From: Camelus dromedarius
Lineage: Eukaryota
Reading direction: 5' to 3'
DNA length: 64,000 nt
NCBI RefSeq assembly: GCF_036321535.1
Contig: NC_087437.1
Location: 29,142,001-29,206,000, forward strand
The notes beneath the pieces are model-generated. The model saw only the letters and a list, made by a program, of their open reading frames with translations. It did no database searches and was not told the DNA's origin. A program made the position numbers and the translations under genes. This document shows positions 1 to 11,810 of the stretch, piece after piece. How positions within the stretch are numbered: position 1 is the stretch's first letter; the number at the start of each line of letters is the position of its first letter.

Positions 1-400
1 GAATTGCTTGTCTCTATATATCACTTTATATAGCTGATATTATTACAATAAGTGCAATTTTTTGATCCCTTTCACTTAATATTGCAGCATGAATTTCTTT
101 TTTGCATAATTTTTGTAATTTAAAGTTTGCATAATATATTGACATACTATCATGTTCTTAGTCATTGCCCTACAGGTAAGACTTAGGTTGCATTTAATAC
201 TTTGAGGTCATATATAACTGCAATTAATAATTATTCACCTGTCATATGCTATTCTTAAACAAAATATTAAAATATTTTTTATATTCATACTGCTTTCCAA
301 ACCTTTAAAATTATTTACCATCCCCTGGTGTATGTGGAGCATCAGATTTCTCAGTCTCACCCATGTTGAGTATAAACATTTTTTTCTTTAATTTGCTAGA

Positions 401-862
401 GTAATGGATTATATTAATGAGGGCATTCTTCCTTGCAAGCAGCAGAAACTAGCTCAAAGCCCCTTAAAACACAAAAGAGAATTATTTTCTTGTGCAACTA
501 AAAAATTCAGAAGTTACTTGAATTTGGGCAGTGATGGATCCAGAGCCTCAGACGATACAGGACTGAATTTCCCTTTCTCCGGTGGTCAGCATTGCATGCT
601 TCTTATGGGCTTTACTCTTGGGCAGGGTAGCATATCCTGCTACTTTAGATGTTCTGGATAACTCCAGCCCACAACTGGAACTCATTCTAATTGGCTCAGT
701 CCCAATTACCCATTGTGGCTACTGCTACTTGGCTCTAGAATTCTCACAGGCTTCCCCTAGATTCAGGTTTGAGGTTATCAAACCAGAAGGACATGGATTG
801 AGAATTGGAGAGGAGTGGTGCTCTAGAGAGATGCCAGGCAAGCAGAAAAAGCCCCCAACATA
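401..862 (-). mobile_element. Old MaLR (MLT1-type) LTR fragment
   Basis: Motifs 'ttgcaagcagcagaaactagctcaaagc...aaaagagaattatt' and a terminal 'gatgccaggcaagcagaaaaa' resemble old MLT1J/K/L LTRs; highly decayed. Confidence 0.45.
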
Positions 863-1037
863 GATTCAAGGTTATGTTTAACTTTTCTTTTAACATAAGT
901 TCATGTTAATGATCTAACATTGTTTTAGAAAGATGTTTAGGGCGTTAGCATAGCAATACATACCACATTATTTCAAAAAAGTGCAATTATGTAAATAGAG
1001 TCTATAGAATATTTATGAAAAGAAAAATAAGTGATTT

Positions 1038-1526
1038 TGTAACTGAGCAGGACCTATGGGGACTTCCTGGGACAGAGCCCTCCCCATAACCTCTGCTGTA
1101 GCTCTTCTCTGAAGTACTCAGATAATGTACCTCATGCATGTTTCCTGAGTTTTACAGGTGCTAAAAACCACCACCAAATGGAAAAAAATTAACTACTTGT
1201 TTATCATGAGCATGTAGCCCTCAGACCTTCTGGCACCTGTCTTGAGCACCATCAATCAATCAGAGAATTGTGCACAGCTGATCACATACCCTGGGCTGCC
1301 CCTCCCTCCACTGGACTTTAAAAAGGCTCAGCTGAAACTCCTTGGGGAATTCAGAGGCTTTTTTTTTTTTTTTTTCCTGGGCAGTAGCTGCTTGCCCTCC
1401 TTGCTCAGCTCTGCAAAGTCCTGCAATAAACCTTTCTCAGCTCTGAACTCTGATGTTTCAGTTTGTTTGGCCTCACTGTGCGTAGGGCCCAGCCACTGTG
1501 GGTCCATGAGCTAGCTCTCAGTAACA
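1038..1526 (+). mobile_element. 5' LTR of the ERV
   Basis: TG...CA ends (tgtaac...gtaaca), AATAAA near 1425, colinear with 5933-6383. Confidence 0.92.
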
Positions 1527-1530
1527 ACTT

Positions 1531-1552
1531 TGATAAAGCCCGCCTAGGAGTC
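1531..1552 (+). promoter_or_regulatory. Degenerate primer-binding site, tRNA-Arg(ACG)-like
   Basis: tgataaagcccgcctaggagtc, 4 nt after the LTR, versus TGGCGAGCCAGCCAGGAGTC (complement of the tRNA-Arg-ACG 3' end). Confidence 0.6.
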
Positions 1553-2487
1553 TGTGCCCCGGGGTAAGCTGACCCCCGCCGGGGGCAGCCCCTTTCCTCA
1601 GTCCCAGCAGCTGCCGGGGCTCACTCTGCTCCTGGGAACTGGAAGGGACTCTGACAGGCTCCGGCCGTCCCACAGCGCCAGGCTGTTCGGAGCCCAGGAA
1701 CATCCAGAGCTGCTGTGCCATCAGGCTACTTGGAGCCCAGAAACGTCCGGAGCTGTGGTCCACATTCGGAGTCACCTGGGGTGAGTGGCTCCAGCTTGCT
1801 CAGGCTGGGAAATCTTTCCGCGTCATCTGGGCTCATTCCCTTGTGGGAAAAGAGCTGCTCTGGGCTCACTGTGAGCCACCATGCGTCTGTTCGCTTTCCA
1901 GAGCTGGGCCAGTTTGTTTGGAGGCCTCCGTTTGGGAGTGGAAGTAGAACTGTGGTTCTACACCCCCTCTGATTGTGCAACCATACCTTATTTGTTGTTC
2001 GTACTTTTGTGTGTGTCATTTTGGGGTGAGCCACTCTGGTTTGCCCAGGATGGGAAAATTCTGCCCGCTCCGCCTGAGCTCATTCCCTTCTGGGAAGGGA
2101 GATGTTCTGGGCTCATTGGGAGCCACTTCGTTCTCTTTAGGGAGAACTTTTGTTTGTGGGACCATGTTTGTTGTTTGTACGTGTGGGTGTTAGTACCTAC
2201 ACTGGCCGGTTGAGGCATCTTTGGGGAGTAACAGGACTCACATGTGATGGCACCCGGGCATTGCATTGGTGTCACCTGCGGGGAGCCTTGGCAGGGATTT
2301 TCCCTTTCTAGCCTTGGCCCTTCATTCAGCTTCACTCTGATGGGCACTGGTTGGGGTTCTCCCCTTTTGGATTGATGGGGGACTGGTTGGGAATCTCCCT
2401 TTTGGGGCTAGGGAACTGTGACTCTGAGAGACCGTTTTAAATTATTGCTTGCTTGGTATTTGATTAACACTGGCTGAATAATTAAGT

Positions 2488-2660
2488 ATAGATAGTCAGG
2501 GCTCTGTTCCATCTTATAGTATTTCTAGGGTTTATTTTGCAAAATTCGGAGGTCTTCAGCTATGCTCCCATAAATGAAAGAAAATGGTATTTTTTATTGT
2601 CACACTGTGTGGGCTCAGTACTCCCCTGAGATCTGGAGAACAATGGCCCATGATGGCTCT
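2488..2660 (+). pseudogene. gag: Decayed retroviral gag matrix (MA) N-terminus
   Basis: With frameshifts it reads (M)(G)SQGSVPS..LGFILQN.EVFSYAP...KMVFYCHTVWAQYS.RSGEQWP..GS, matching the class I MA pattern PL..IL.NW..F....K..IF.CNT.WPQY.L..GE.WP.NGS; ORF 2574-2768 contains part of it. Confidence 0.8.
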
Positions 2661-5421
2661 GCTGTTACATCAAAGGGGGCCTTTTGTAATTTGCCTTTTA
2701 TCTTGGGTATGTTTGTGTTTGTGTGTTTGTATCTGAGTCCAAATCCTGTTCTGTTTTGCTGGCAGTGAGCATGTGAATGCGAGTGAATGATATGTATATT
2801 ATTGTCTACTAGATATTTAGGAACTGGAAAAAAAATCCCTGAAAATAGCCAAGATGGTTGAGTTTTGTAAAAGCAGTTAGAGGTGGAATTTGCATTTCTC
2901 TTCCTGTGCCTTTGAGATTTAAATGATCTACCTGAGCTCTCAAGGAAAAAAAAATTTTTTTTGGTAATTAAGTGGAAAATTTGAGATCTATGGTTTTGTC
3001 TGTCTTTATGTAAAAAATTAACTTGTGAATGAGCTTTATTTAACTGACTTAAAAGTAAGTGCTTACAAATCAATACTTCTAAGTATAAAAGAAGCTAGAC
3101 AGAAAAAATTTCAGGTTCATGTGATCTAGGAAATATTCAATATTGAATTGATATCTGATATTAAAGCTAGCTTAAGCTTGTTGGTATAATCAATACAGAC
3201 GTCTTTTATTGTAGGTTTCCTGAAGGTTAATAAGTTCATGTTTCTGTTGCAGATTTGTTAGCAGAAAGAAAATTAGGAAATTCTTGTAAGTAAATTATAT
3301 ACAAATGAGAAGAGTTTTTGGGTGAACGCTTTAGAAATAATTTTGTTTCAGGAATGTTTACTTAAAAATGATCTCTCTAAATATTTGGTAACTTGAAATT
3401 TTAGAGTTGTGCTAAATTAAGTTAAATGATGGAAGTTTATTGAATAGTCAGGTTATTACCAAACAAATAAGATAACAAAACATTATTTACTGAACATTGT
3501 CTTCCCTTTACAGAGTAACTGTTTAAAGGTGTCTAGGACTATTATTACATATATTTGGTGCCACACTGAGATGTTTTCTACAAAAACTATGAGTTTAGAA
3601 ATTATTATTGGTATTTATGTTTGCCAATCTACAGAATGCTGATGTATAAGTTCATAATTGTTTATTTCTTGGTTTTCACTAGAAATTAAGGTATTTAATA
3701 GTTGAAGTTTCTAATTTAAATGTCATTAAAGCAACTGAAAATAATAAAAGGAAACATTTCAGTGCACAAGTAGGATATATGTTTTGAGTAAAAACGGTAT
3801 GAGGAATGGAATTGCATTTTGTTAAGGGAGAAGAAAATGATGTGGTCCTGGAGTTGGTTGCCTCTAGATGGGGAAAAATGTTAAGAGGAGAACTAATATG
3901 GATACAGAAGTTTGTGGAAAGTTTGTAGAAAGGGAGCCCTAGAAAAGGAGTTTTGTGCATGGTTGGGCTGAGATCAGATTCCACTTAATTAGGTAAATGG
4001 ATTTTGTTATTAAAAGTAGGCTGCTTGAGGACTAGATGCGGTTCCTCTTTGTTAAGAGAACAAGTTTACTTAGAGCACTTCTGATAACAGATCATATGAA
4101 ACTTTTTGATATTTTTGACAAACTTCCCATCAAATTCTAAATAATGTTCTTTTGACTTCAGCTAACTTTAGGATGCTTCAGAAAAAAATACTTAACTAGG
4201 ATTGGTTGGTATGTTGAATTCTGCATCGTCAAATGAGTAAGCCTCCTTAGATTGTATGGTATGAATAAAGGTTGATGTGGACTTTCTAGAAATTATATAG
4301 CATTTCTGAAAGTTTGGTATGTCCTGGTGTGGCGCTGTCAGTCATGGTTCTGGTTGTTATCTTGGAATGCTGTATGTCACAGCAACTTGATTAAGCTTCT
4401 TTGTCAAAAACGTTTTAATCGGATCTTTTATCTTGCCTTTTTAAGTCTTTTGTCATAGACAGTTGAGCTGATGCTTTGTGGGATTTTATAAATCAAGAGG
4501 ATTTATAAAAGGGACTTTTTGACAAATGCAGGTTTCTTTAAATCATGCTGCTGAGCTGGGTAGGATATTTAAAAAGTCTAATGAAAACTGATTTCATAAA
4601 ACTGTTGCTAAAAAGGATTGATTGCATAAAAGTGAGTGAACTGATGAATATGGATATAACGTTTGGTTGTCTGAAGCATTACTGGCTTTTGATCTATATT
4701 TTTTAATTGAATTATTTACCAAATATTTATCTCCATATCAGTGTTGCCCCCAAAGTTTAGGATAGAAAGAACATTTGCCAATGGAGTTGTCAGAGTATAA
4801 CTACTCATGATGTATAAAAATGCTTGCTTTAAGTCTACAGCTGAAGCACATGTGCTTGCGTAACAGTTGGGTATAAGTGATCAAATGTATGGTCTGTGAA
4901 GTGTTTCCCCATTAACGTACCTCTGTGCCCGTCCAGGATACCTGACTTCCCCCAACATGGATAACTAGACAAATATAAAGGAGGCCTAACATTGAGGGAC
5001 AGATATTTTGATTATCAATGCTGTCTATTGAAAGATTTGTAATCAAAAAAGGAAATGATGAAAAAATCTGCATATATTGAGGTATGGGGAGGTCATTTTG
5101 GCTTCTGCGTGGTTTGACTTAAACTTTACTGACCAAAGTAGCCTCTTTTATGGCCTTTTGGACATACATTGTACATTTGCTTTGGCCTAACTGAGGGAAA
5201 TGCATTTGAAAGTCAAAATGGAGTAGTTGTGGCTCATACACCCAAGGTAAAACTAGGTGGCTGTTGTGGACGTGGTTTCAGACACGTTCCTGGATTGTTG
5301 AGAAGTCTAGTTTTCTGAGCTGTGTCATACTCAGAAGGCCACCAGCCACTCTCAAAGTAGTGTCTGCTGGCACATGGTAGCTGTAACCATGTGACCTCAA
5401 GGTCTTCTCTTGTAATTAATT

Positions 5422-5650
5422 TTGGAGAATAAAGTTGCTTTAAATCAGATGTTAGCAAAAGAAAAAAAAAAGGAGACGTGTAGTTGTCAGTAGCTCTTGT
5501 TATGTGTTGCTAATACCACATCAAAAGTTAAAACCTACTCAGATGAGACTAGACAACTGGCTACCTGGCTGCAAGTCTCCCCAAAGTGCCAGGTCCAGAC
5601 TGGTTTTCAGGCTTATTCTCCTGAATTCCTCGGGGAATGAGATCCTAATC
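5422..5650 (+). pseudogene. env: Decayed env transmembrane-subunit ectodomain (ISD and CX6CC)
   Basis: From 5422 it reads LENKVALNQMLAKE, then with frameshifts TC(A)VVSSSCY (CX6CC with the last C changed to Y), NTTSKV, TRQLATWLQVSP, GPDWFSGLFS*IPRG. Confidence 0.8.
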
Positions 5651-5915
5651 ATACAAGACTTGGATCCAGGACATGGAACTTGGGAGTGTTTACAACTCGG
5701 TGCCCATTCCCCAAATCAAGGCAGGACTATGCCCCGTTTCAGCAGGAAGTAGCCAGAGCGGTCATCACCCCAACCCCTGAGAGATCTGGGGAAGGATGAA
5801 ACAGGACTGGAGATTGAAACTGAGTTCCCCTGCTGAGTTTATGATTAACCTCTGTATCCAAAATATCATTCCCCTTCTTGTCCAACACCTGTTCTCCTCT
5901 AGACTGAGGAGGATC

Positions 5916-5931
5916 AAAGAAAACGGGGAAA
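5916..5931 (+). other. Polypurine tract of the ERV
   Basis: aaagaaaacggggaaa just upstream of the 3' LTR TG. Confidence 0.85.
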
Positions 5932-5932
5932 T

Positions 5933-6383
5933 TGTAACTGAGCAGGACCCGGTGAGGCTTTCCTGGGACAGACCCCTCCCCCATAATCTCTGCTGTAGCT
6001 CCTCTCTGAAGTACCCAGATAATAGTAGCTCATGGCTTATTTCCTGAGAGTTTTTTTAATGCTAAAAACCGCCACCAAATGAAAGGACTCAACTACTAAA
6101 TGATCATGAGCACGTAGCCCCCAGACCTTTTGGCACCTAAGGACTGATCACCATCAACCAGGGAATTGTGCACAGCTGATCACATATCCTAGGACGCCCC
6201 TCCCTCAGCTGTTTTTTTATTTTAAAAATGCTGGGCTGAAACCCTTAGGGGAGTTTGGGGGTTTGGAAGGGCACGAGCCATTCATTCTCCTTGCTAGGCC
6301 CTGTGATAAACATTTCTCTGTTCCAAACTGATGTTTTGGTATTGTTTGGCCTCACTGTGCATTGGTCACATGAACTTATGTTC
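5933..6383 (+). mobile_element. 3' LTR of the ERV (terminal few bases missing)
   Basis: Aligns by eye to 1038-1526 along its length; lacks the terminal gtaaca. Confidence 0.9.
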
Positions 6384-6419
6384 TTCTTTAGAAAGAAGAA
6401 CTTTGGTTTTTAAAAATTT

Positions 6420-6465
6420 ATACATATATATATATACACACACACACATATATATAACATATAAT
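6420..6465. repeat. (TA)n(CA)n(TA)n microsatellite
   Basis: Directly visible. Confidence 0.85.
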
Positions 6466-7704
6466 ATTGGCTTAAAATTTATGAAATTAGAAATGGAGAA
6501 TGACCTATTGTACATACAGTGTTCTATGTGACCATTATTCTGAACATACAGTGCTCCCACCAGTCATGCCCCTGTTGAATTTTAGGAGGGGGACTAAATG
6601 TTTCTTTGTAATCCGTTGGTGGTTTATTACAGAGCTAAGCCATAACTTTAACTAGTTCACCACCATAAAGTTAAAGTTTGCAGACCAAACCAGCAGTCAT
6701 ATATAATTGTTTTATGCATTATTAAAACATCTATTCAAGGTGATGGAACATAACACTCAGGCCTAATATATTTCCATCTGAAGAGAGAATGAGAAAGCAA
6801 TGTAACAGTTGCTCCCCAGAACCAGCTTATCATTTATATGGTACCAGGTTTAGTAGCAGAAAGACAGTTTGTGATCATTTCTGAAAGCAGCACTGATATA
6901 TCAGAATCTCAAATGTGATGAAGTCAGGATTACATCAGATTTTATCTACAATAATGCTGACACATTTGGTTGCAAGAAAAAAATATTGTTTGCCAAGTTA
7001 TATTTGCTTTTTGTTTTCATCTATTAAAGTTAATGTGATCTCTAATAGCAGCATGTCGCATTTATATGATACATAATGTGCATTTTAATATGCTATAGCA
7101 AGGAGAATACTGCCTAGGAAAAGGATTTTTTTTAACATCTCTCTCTAGTTGACAAATTAAGGTCATTTGACAAAAGAAACTGGAAACGTAGCAAGATAGA
7201 AAACATTTACAAATATGACAATATATAATATTTTGAGATGATGAATCTGCATTTTTTATAAAAAACTGATAAAATGTAACTGCCACAGATAAATATACAA
7301 AAAATAAAATGTATACATTGATATTCTTAAAAATTGAGATTCATAGTAATTTGGCTTTTAACTATGTTTTAACTCATGAAGTTGTAATTCATGATATAAA
7401 AGTAATCCAAACACTGAAAGGTATAAAAATGATATTGGTATTAATCTGCCTAAGAATGAAGACATTCTTCGCACTTAGAATTTTTAAAAATGTTTGCAAC
7501 TGTTGATTAGATAGAAACTTCTCATTATATGCTAATTTCTAGATCTTCAGGTCCATCAAATCATTAACCCCTATCACACATTCTGTTCTTATAAGTGTCT
7601 CAGTAATGGACATCATATTTATAGATAATCACTGCATTTCTATGATTCTAATCTGAGTTCATTCTTGCAAGCTGACTTTTCCTTAATTTATTCTTAAAAT
7701 AAAA

Positions 7705-7875
7705 GCTAATACTTGCTGAGTATTTCTATGTGCCACTATTCTTCTAAAAACTTGACCTCGACGTTGGTACTCTTTACAAATGAAGAAACAGAGTCAAGGG
7801 AACTTAAGTGTCATGCCTACGAACACATAGCTAGTAAAGGCAGGCATGCTGGCTTGGGTGTGTAACACTGACCTC
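7705..7875 (-). mobile_element. MIR SINE fragment
   Basis: 'ttgctgagtatttctatgtgcca' and 'tttacaaatgaagaaacagagtcaagggaacttaagtg' MIR core. Confidence 0.6.
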
Positions 7876-8465
7876 TCAGGGAGCCTTACTGTCTGGAGGG
7901 TAGAGTTCCTCACCTTTGACAGTGCTAAAGCATCTATCTACAGAGATATCACAGAGCAGGTAAAGAGCTCTAAGAAGTAGCTGAGGCTTTTCTCTAGGAC
8001 ACCCATCAGTGAATTCTGGAAAAGACGCCAGGAACCAGTTAAATTTTAGCTAAATTTTCCCATAAAACATGATATAACCTCAGGAATTCATCAAAGACTG
8101 TGTCTTTCAAGAAGCCAATATTTAAATTAATTGACTCAATGGAACTTGGTAGTAGAATCTTACAAAAGTTTTAAAAAATTCCTCCTAGCATAGTTCGTGG
8201 TTCTTACTGTGTTGAAGAATCACCCAGACATTATCATATTAAAGATTAAGGAGTTAGTCTCTCTCTCTGTCTCTTTTTTGGGGAGGGGGGAATTTTAATG
8301 ACTGACAATCAGAGGTCCCCTGGAAATTTTTTTTTTTTTATTTTTAACAGAGCAGATTTTTCAAAATTAAAATGAAAAAAGTCTGTGGAACTAGAATATT
8401 AGTGTTCCAAGAGAGTAATATTTTGGAAAGAATGGAATTGGATAAAAATAGCATTAACCATGTAC

Positions 8466-9928
8466 CATGATGTTTCTCAAATACTTCAGTCTTAAAACAC
8501 CTCTTTGCTTTTACTAATTATTGAGAATCAAAAAAAAAGTTTTTGTTTTCTTGTAGGTTGTATCTATTAATCATGATACTAGAAACAGAAAATTTTAAGT
8601 ATCTAATTAAAAAGTAAATTATTTCACAGTAACATCTAAAATATGTTTTATTGAAGAAATAACTATTTTCTAAAACACAACTAGTGAGAAGAACAACACT
8701 TTATTTTTTCACATCCCCTTAATGTCTGGATTAATTTTTAAAAATTTGGATTCCCATTTGTTTCTAGATTCAGTGTGTTTTGATAATATTGCTTTGATTC
8801 AAATTACAAAAAGAAAATTTGGTCTCACTTAGCTATGTAGTTGGAAATGGCTTTTTCTTTTTTTTTTCAGATAATTGTGGATATTCTTATTTGATATTAC
8901 ACTCAAACATTTCAAATGGTAGTTTCTTAAAATTTGGTTTCAATGTGAATCTGAAAACATATCAGTGAACTTGTCTGGTATGTTAAAATCCACTGGCTAT
9001 CTTGCACTTTGAATGAATTCTGTAACATCATGCACTGATTATTTGGAAAATCTTGATTCACTAATTTTGCAAAATGTTAATTTTGCAAATGTTAATATAT
9101 TTCATTATACACTATCAAAAAATTAGCTTAGTATTTGCCACTAGCAGAATTTCCAATCTCATCCAAAAAGTCTTTATCAGGAAACTGACAAGCTCAGAGT
9201 AGAAGATACAAGTTTTCCTAAATTCTAGCTTTTGCTTGAAAGGTTTGAATTTACCATCATTGGTGACACATACTGCTGGTTGTTTTCCTGAAGTGACAAT
9301 AAAGTGCCCCATTTTGCTCGGGACTTTTGCTATTTTAGCACTGAAAATACCTGTGTCCCCAAACCCTTTAATCCCAGGCAAACAAAGATGGTTGGCCACC
9401 CTAAGTTACAGGCTTATATTTTTTAGAAAATATTTCTAAATACCCAAGTCTGAATTACCATAGTCTTTCAATCATTCCTTCAAGTAAAAATAGTGCTATA
9501 TTAACAAGGCTAGTTTAACTCATAACTCGAACAATCACACAAGAGCTTCTCCCGGAGAAAACCATTTGTATGTCTGTATGCAGAAGTGCTTTATGCTTAT
9601 TTGCACTTTTGTTACACAGAGTATTTAAGTGTATTTCTATGTGTGATATCCTTTCTTCAATTTTTTTCTAAGTACAAGTGCCTAGTGGTGTGGAACACGA
9701 TGACTACTAGTAAGTACAACTTGGTGTCCTTGCCTTGATTTACGCTAAGGCACTAGCGCAGGTTTTTTTCCCTGACATTTGTTTTGCATTGTGGGTTTAA
9801 ATGCTGACATAATAAAAAGGCAAACAACCTTTTAGTATTATTATAAAAAACAGTTTTGGCTTAGTGGAGGTTCTGAAAGGGTCTCAGAGACCTCCAAGGG
9901 TTTGCACATCTCACTTTGAGAACCACTG
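8466..9928 (-). mobile_element. hAT-Charlie DNA transposon (Charlie1a-like)
   Basis: Right end 'ttagtattattataaaaaacagttttggc...gaaagggtctcagagacctcc...cactttgagaaccactg' is the reverse complement of the Charlie1 5' end; left end 'tgtttctcaaa' is TIR-like; about 1.46 kb. Confidence 0.8.
9300..9403. mobile_element. Short hAT-Tip100 MITE (MER96-like) nested in Charlie1
   Basis: Ends 'gatggttggccacccta'; flanked by imperfect 8 bp duplication agtgacaa (9292-9299) / agttacag (9404-9411). Confidence 0.65.
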
Positions 9929-11594
9929 ACCTAACAAATTGTTGATAGTGTAACCATCACAGATATTTGCTATTAAGTCCTTTAAGTAAACATTGCAGCA
10001 GTGGTGACCGCTCTGCCTTCCACTCACTATCACAGAAGTTAATACCTACATTCAAAACCATTCGTACCTCTGGAAAAAGTACTTCAAATAACAGTGTCTG
10101 GTTATGCATCACAAGTCTCTTCTTGGTATGGAGAAGGGTACATTTAAAAAAAAATACTAACTTTATGATCTTAAACAAGTTGTGCATCATTCTGTGGCTC
10201 AGTTTCCTAGATAGTAAATGTGGCAGGTGGCTTAAACTAGTGATTGACAATCAGGGAAATACGTCCTCCCTGAAGGTCATGGAAATATGTAGCGTGGTTT
10301 GTTTTATTTAGCTTGTTACAGTTGGGAAGGGGGTGGTCGCTGGCATTCAGAACTCAGGGTCAGTGTTGCTAAATGACTTGCCAGCCAGTAAGTCCCACCT
10401 CAAATGCCAATAACAATAACACCACTTTCAAGAAATACTATGGCTTTCTGTAGTCAGATAGCAAATGCTTTGTTCCTCCAGTACGAATACATTTCAGGGA
10501 ACAGGAAGGTTTGTGTCAAAGGAGAAGGAAAAATGACAACATACTGCTGGAGGGATATGTGCTAAAGTGAGAGGAGCTGAGCTATCTGCTCTTGCTGGTA
10601 GAACCGTTAAGGATGGAGGGAGGAGAGACTGATGGGTGTACGAGAGCACCAAGCCTTCCTTGTCACTGACCTCTGTCTCACACCCCCAGCTCTGGTTAGC
10701 ATCATTACAACAAAGTCAATTAAAAATGTTTTATTTATAATGTGATATTATGCATACATGCCTATTCCGAAAAACATCATTTTCCCCATATTTTCTTTAT
10801 CATGCAATAGGATGCATTGTGAATAAAAATTTCTGAAGCAAAAATAAAATTCTTGCTTTTCCCTACAACCTACATAAAAAAAAATCAGAATAAAACTGAT
10901 AGATTCACTGTTTTCAGAGTCACTGAATATTTAGCTACCTAATCCCTATTGTTTTAAAACAGGAAAATTATACTCCAGAGTGTAAGTTGTGATTTAGTCA
11001 AAATACATACTTAGTGGCCAAATGAAGCTCCTTCCTGATAATTAGAGATAACTGAGTTTAAATGATTATGGCTGGACCAGGTATTTGGAATTTTTTTAAT
11101 TTTAAAATTTGACTCAATACTTTGTAGTTGTTGCAAAATTCTGTGAGTGAAGCTCAAGTCGTTTTTTTTTTAAGTTTTAGTGTCTTATAAAGCTTAGCTT
11201 CTTAAGCTACAGTGAATATCAGAAGGAATTATTAATAAAACAAGAGATGTTGATAATACTTTAATACAATTTTACCATAGAACATTCTCAATTTTTCATG
11301 GGCTTATTTTCTTATAAATTAGCTGGGAGTTTTGACCCCTGTGTCTTTTCTGCTCCAATATTTTGTCTGTTTTAAGATTCCTAATATTTTCTACCCTTAG
11401 GCAAAGTCAATATTAATTACTCATTTGTTTTCTATTTCTTTGGTTGCCTTGGTAAAGTAAGTGATTGAGGGGGAAAAAGTTTTAAACAGGAAACTTCAAT
11501 GTAATAAATTATCAGTTCTAATTATATAGTATTTGGTACTTCACCTCATGCCCCTCCTACTCCCCTTTTCAGTAGTTGTAAGAAATTGATAGTC

Positions 11595-11810
11595 AGTTTG
11601 TCTTTGAAATCAGAACAAGCAGATATAATTCTAGCTCTGCTTCCATCAGCTGGGTGACTTGGTCAAGTTTGTTAAACTCTTTAGGACTCAGTTTCTTCAT
11701 TTGAAACATAAGGAATGATATATACTACACAATTATCATGCAGATTAAATTATGTTCAGCTTGTAAATTGCGATACTTAATGCCTGGCAGAAAGTTGACA
11801 CTTAATCAAA
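11595..11810 (+). mobile_element. MIR SINE
   Basis: 'gggtgacttggtcaagtttgttaaactctttaggactcagtttcttcatttgaaa' core. Confidence 0.7.

Larger units (their letters stand above)
1038..6383 (+). mobile_element. Non-autonomous class I (ERV1/gamma-like) provirus: LTR-leader-gag relic-AT-rich filler-env relic-LTR
   Basis: Direct repeats starting TGTAACTGAGCAGGACC at 1038 and 5933; PBS-like site after the first; purine tract before the second; gag and env relics in the expected order; no pol relic recognised. Confidence 0.92.

Noticed and set aside
5428..5471. AATAAA followed by CA and an A-run, suggesting a captured polyadenylated transcript inside the ERV
   Set aside because: The same bases translate as the env immunosuppressive domain (LENKVALNQMLAKE) continuing into CX6CC, so the A-run is better explained as slippage in AAA GAA codons
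10482..10508. Possible 27 nt micro-exon (ttcctccag|...gaag|gtttgt)
   Set aside because: Weak donor and no partner exons or gene context
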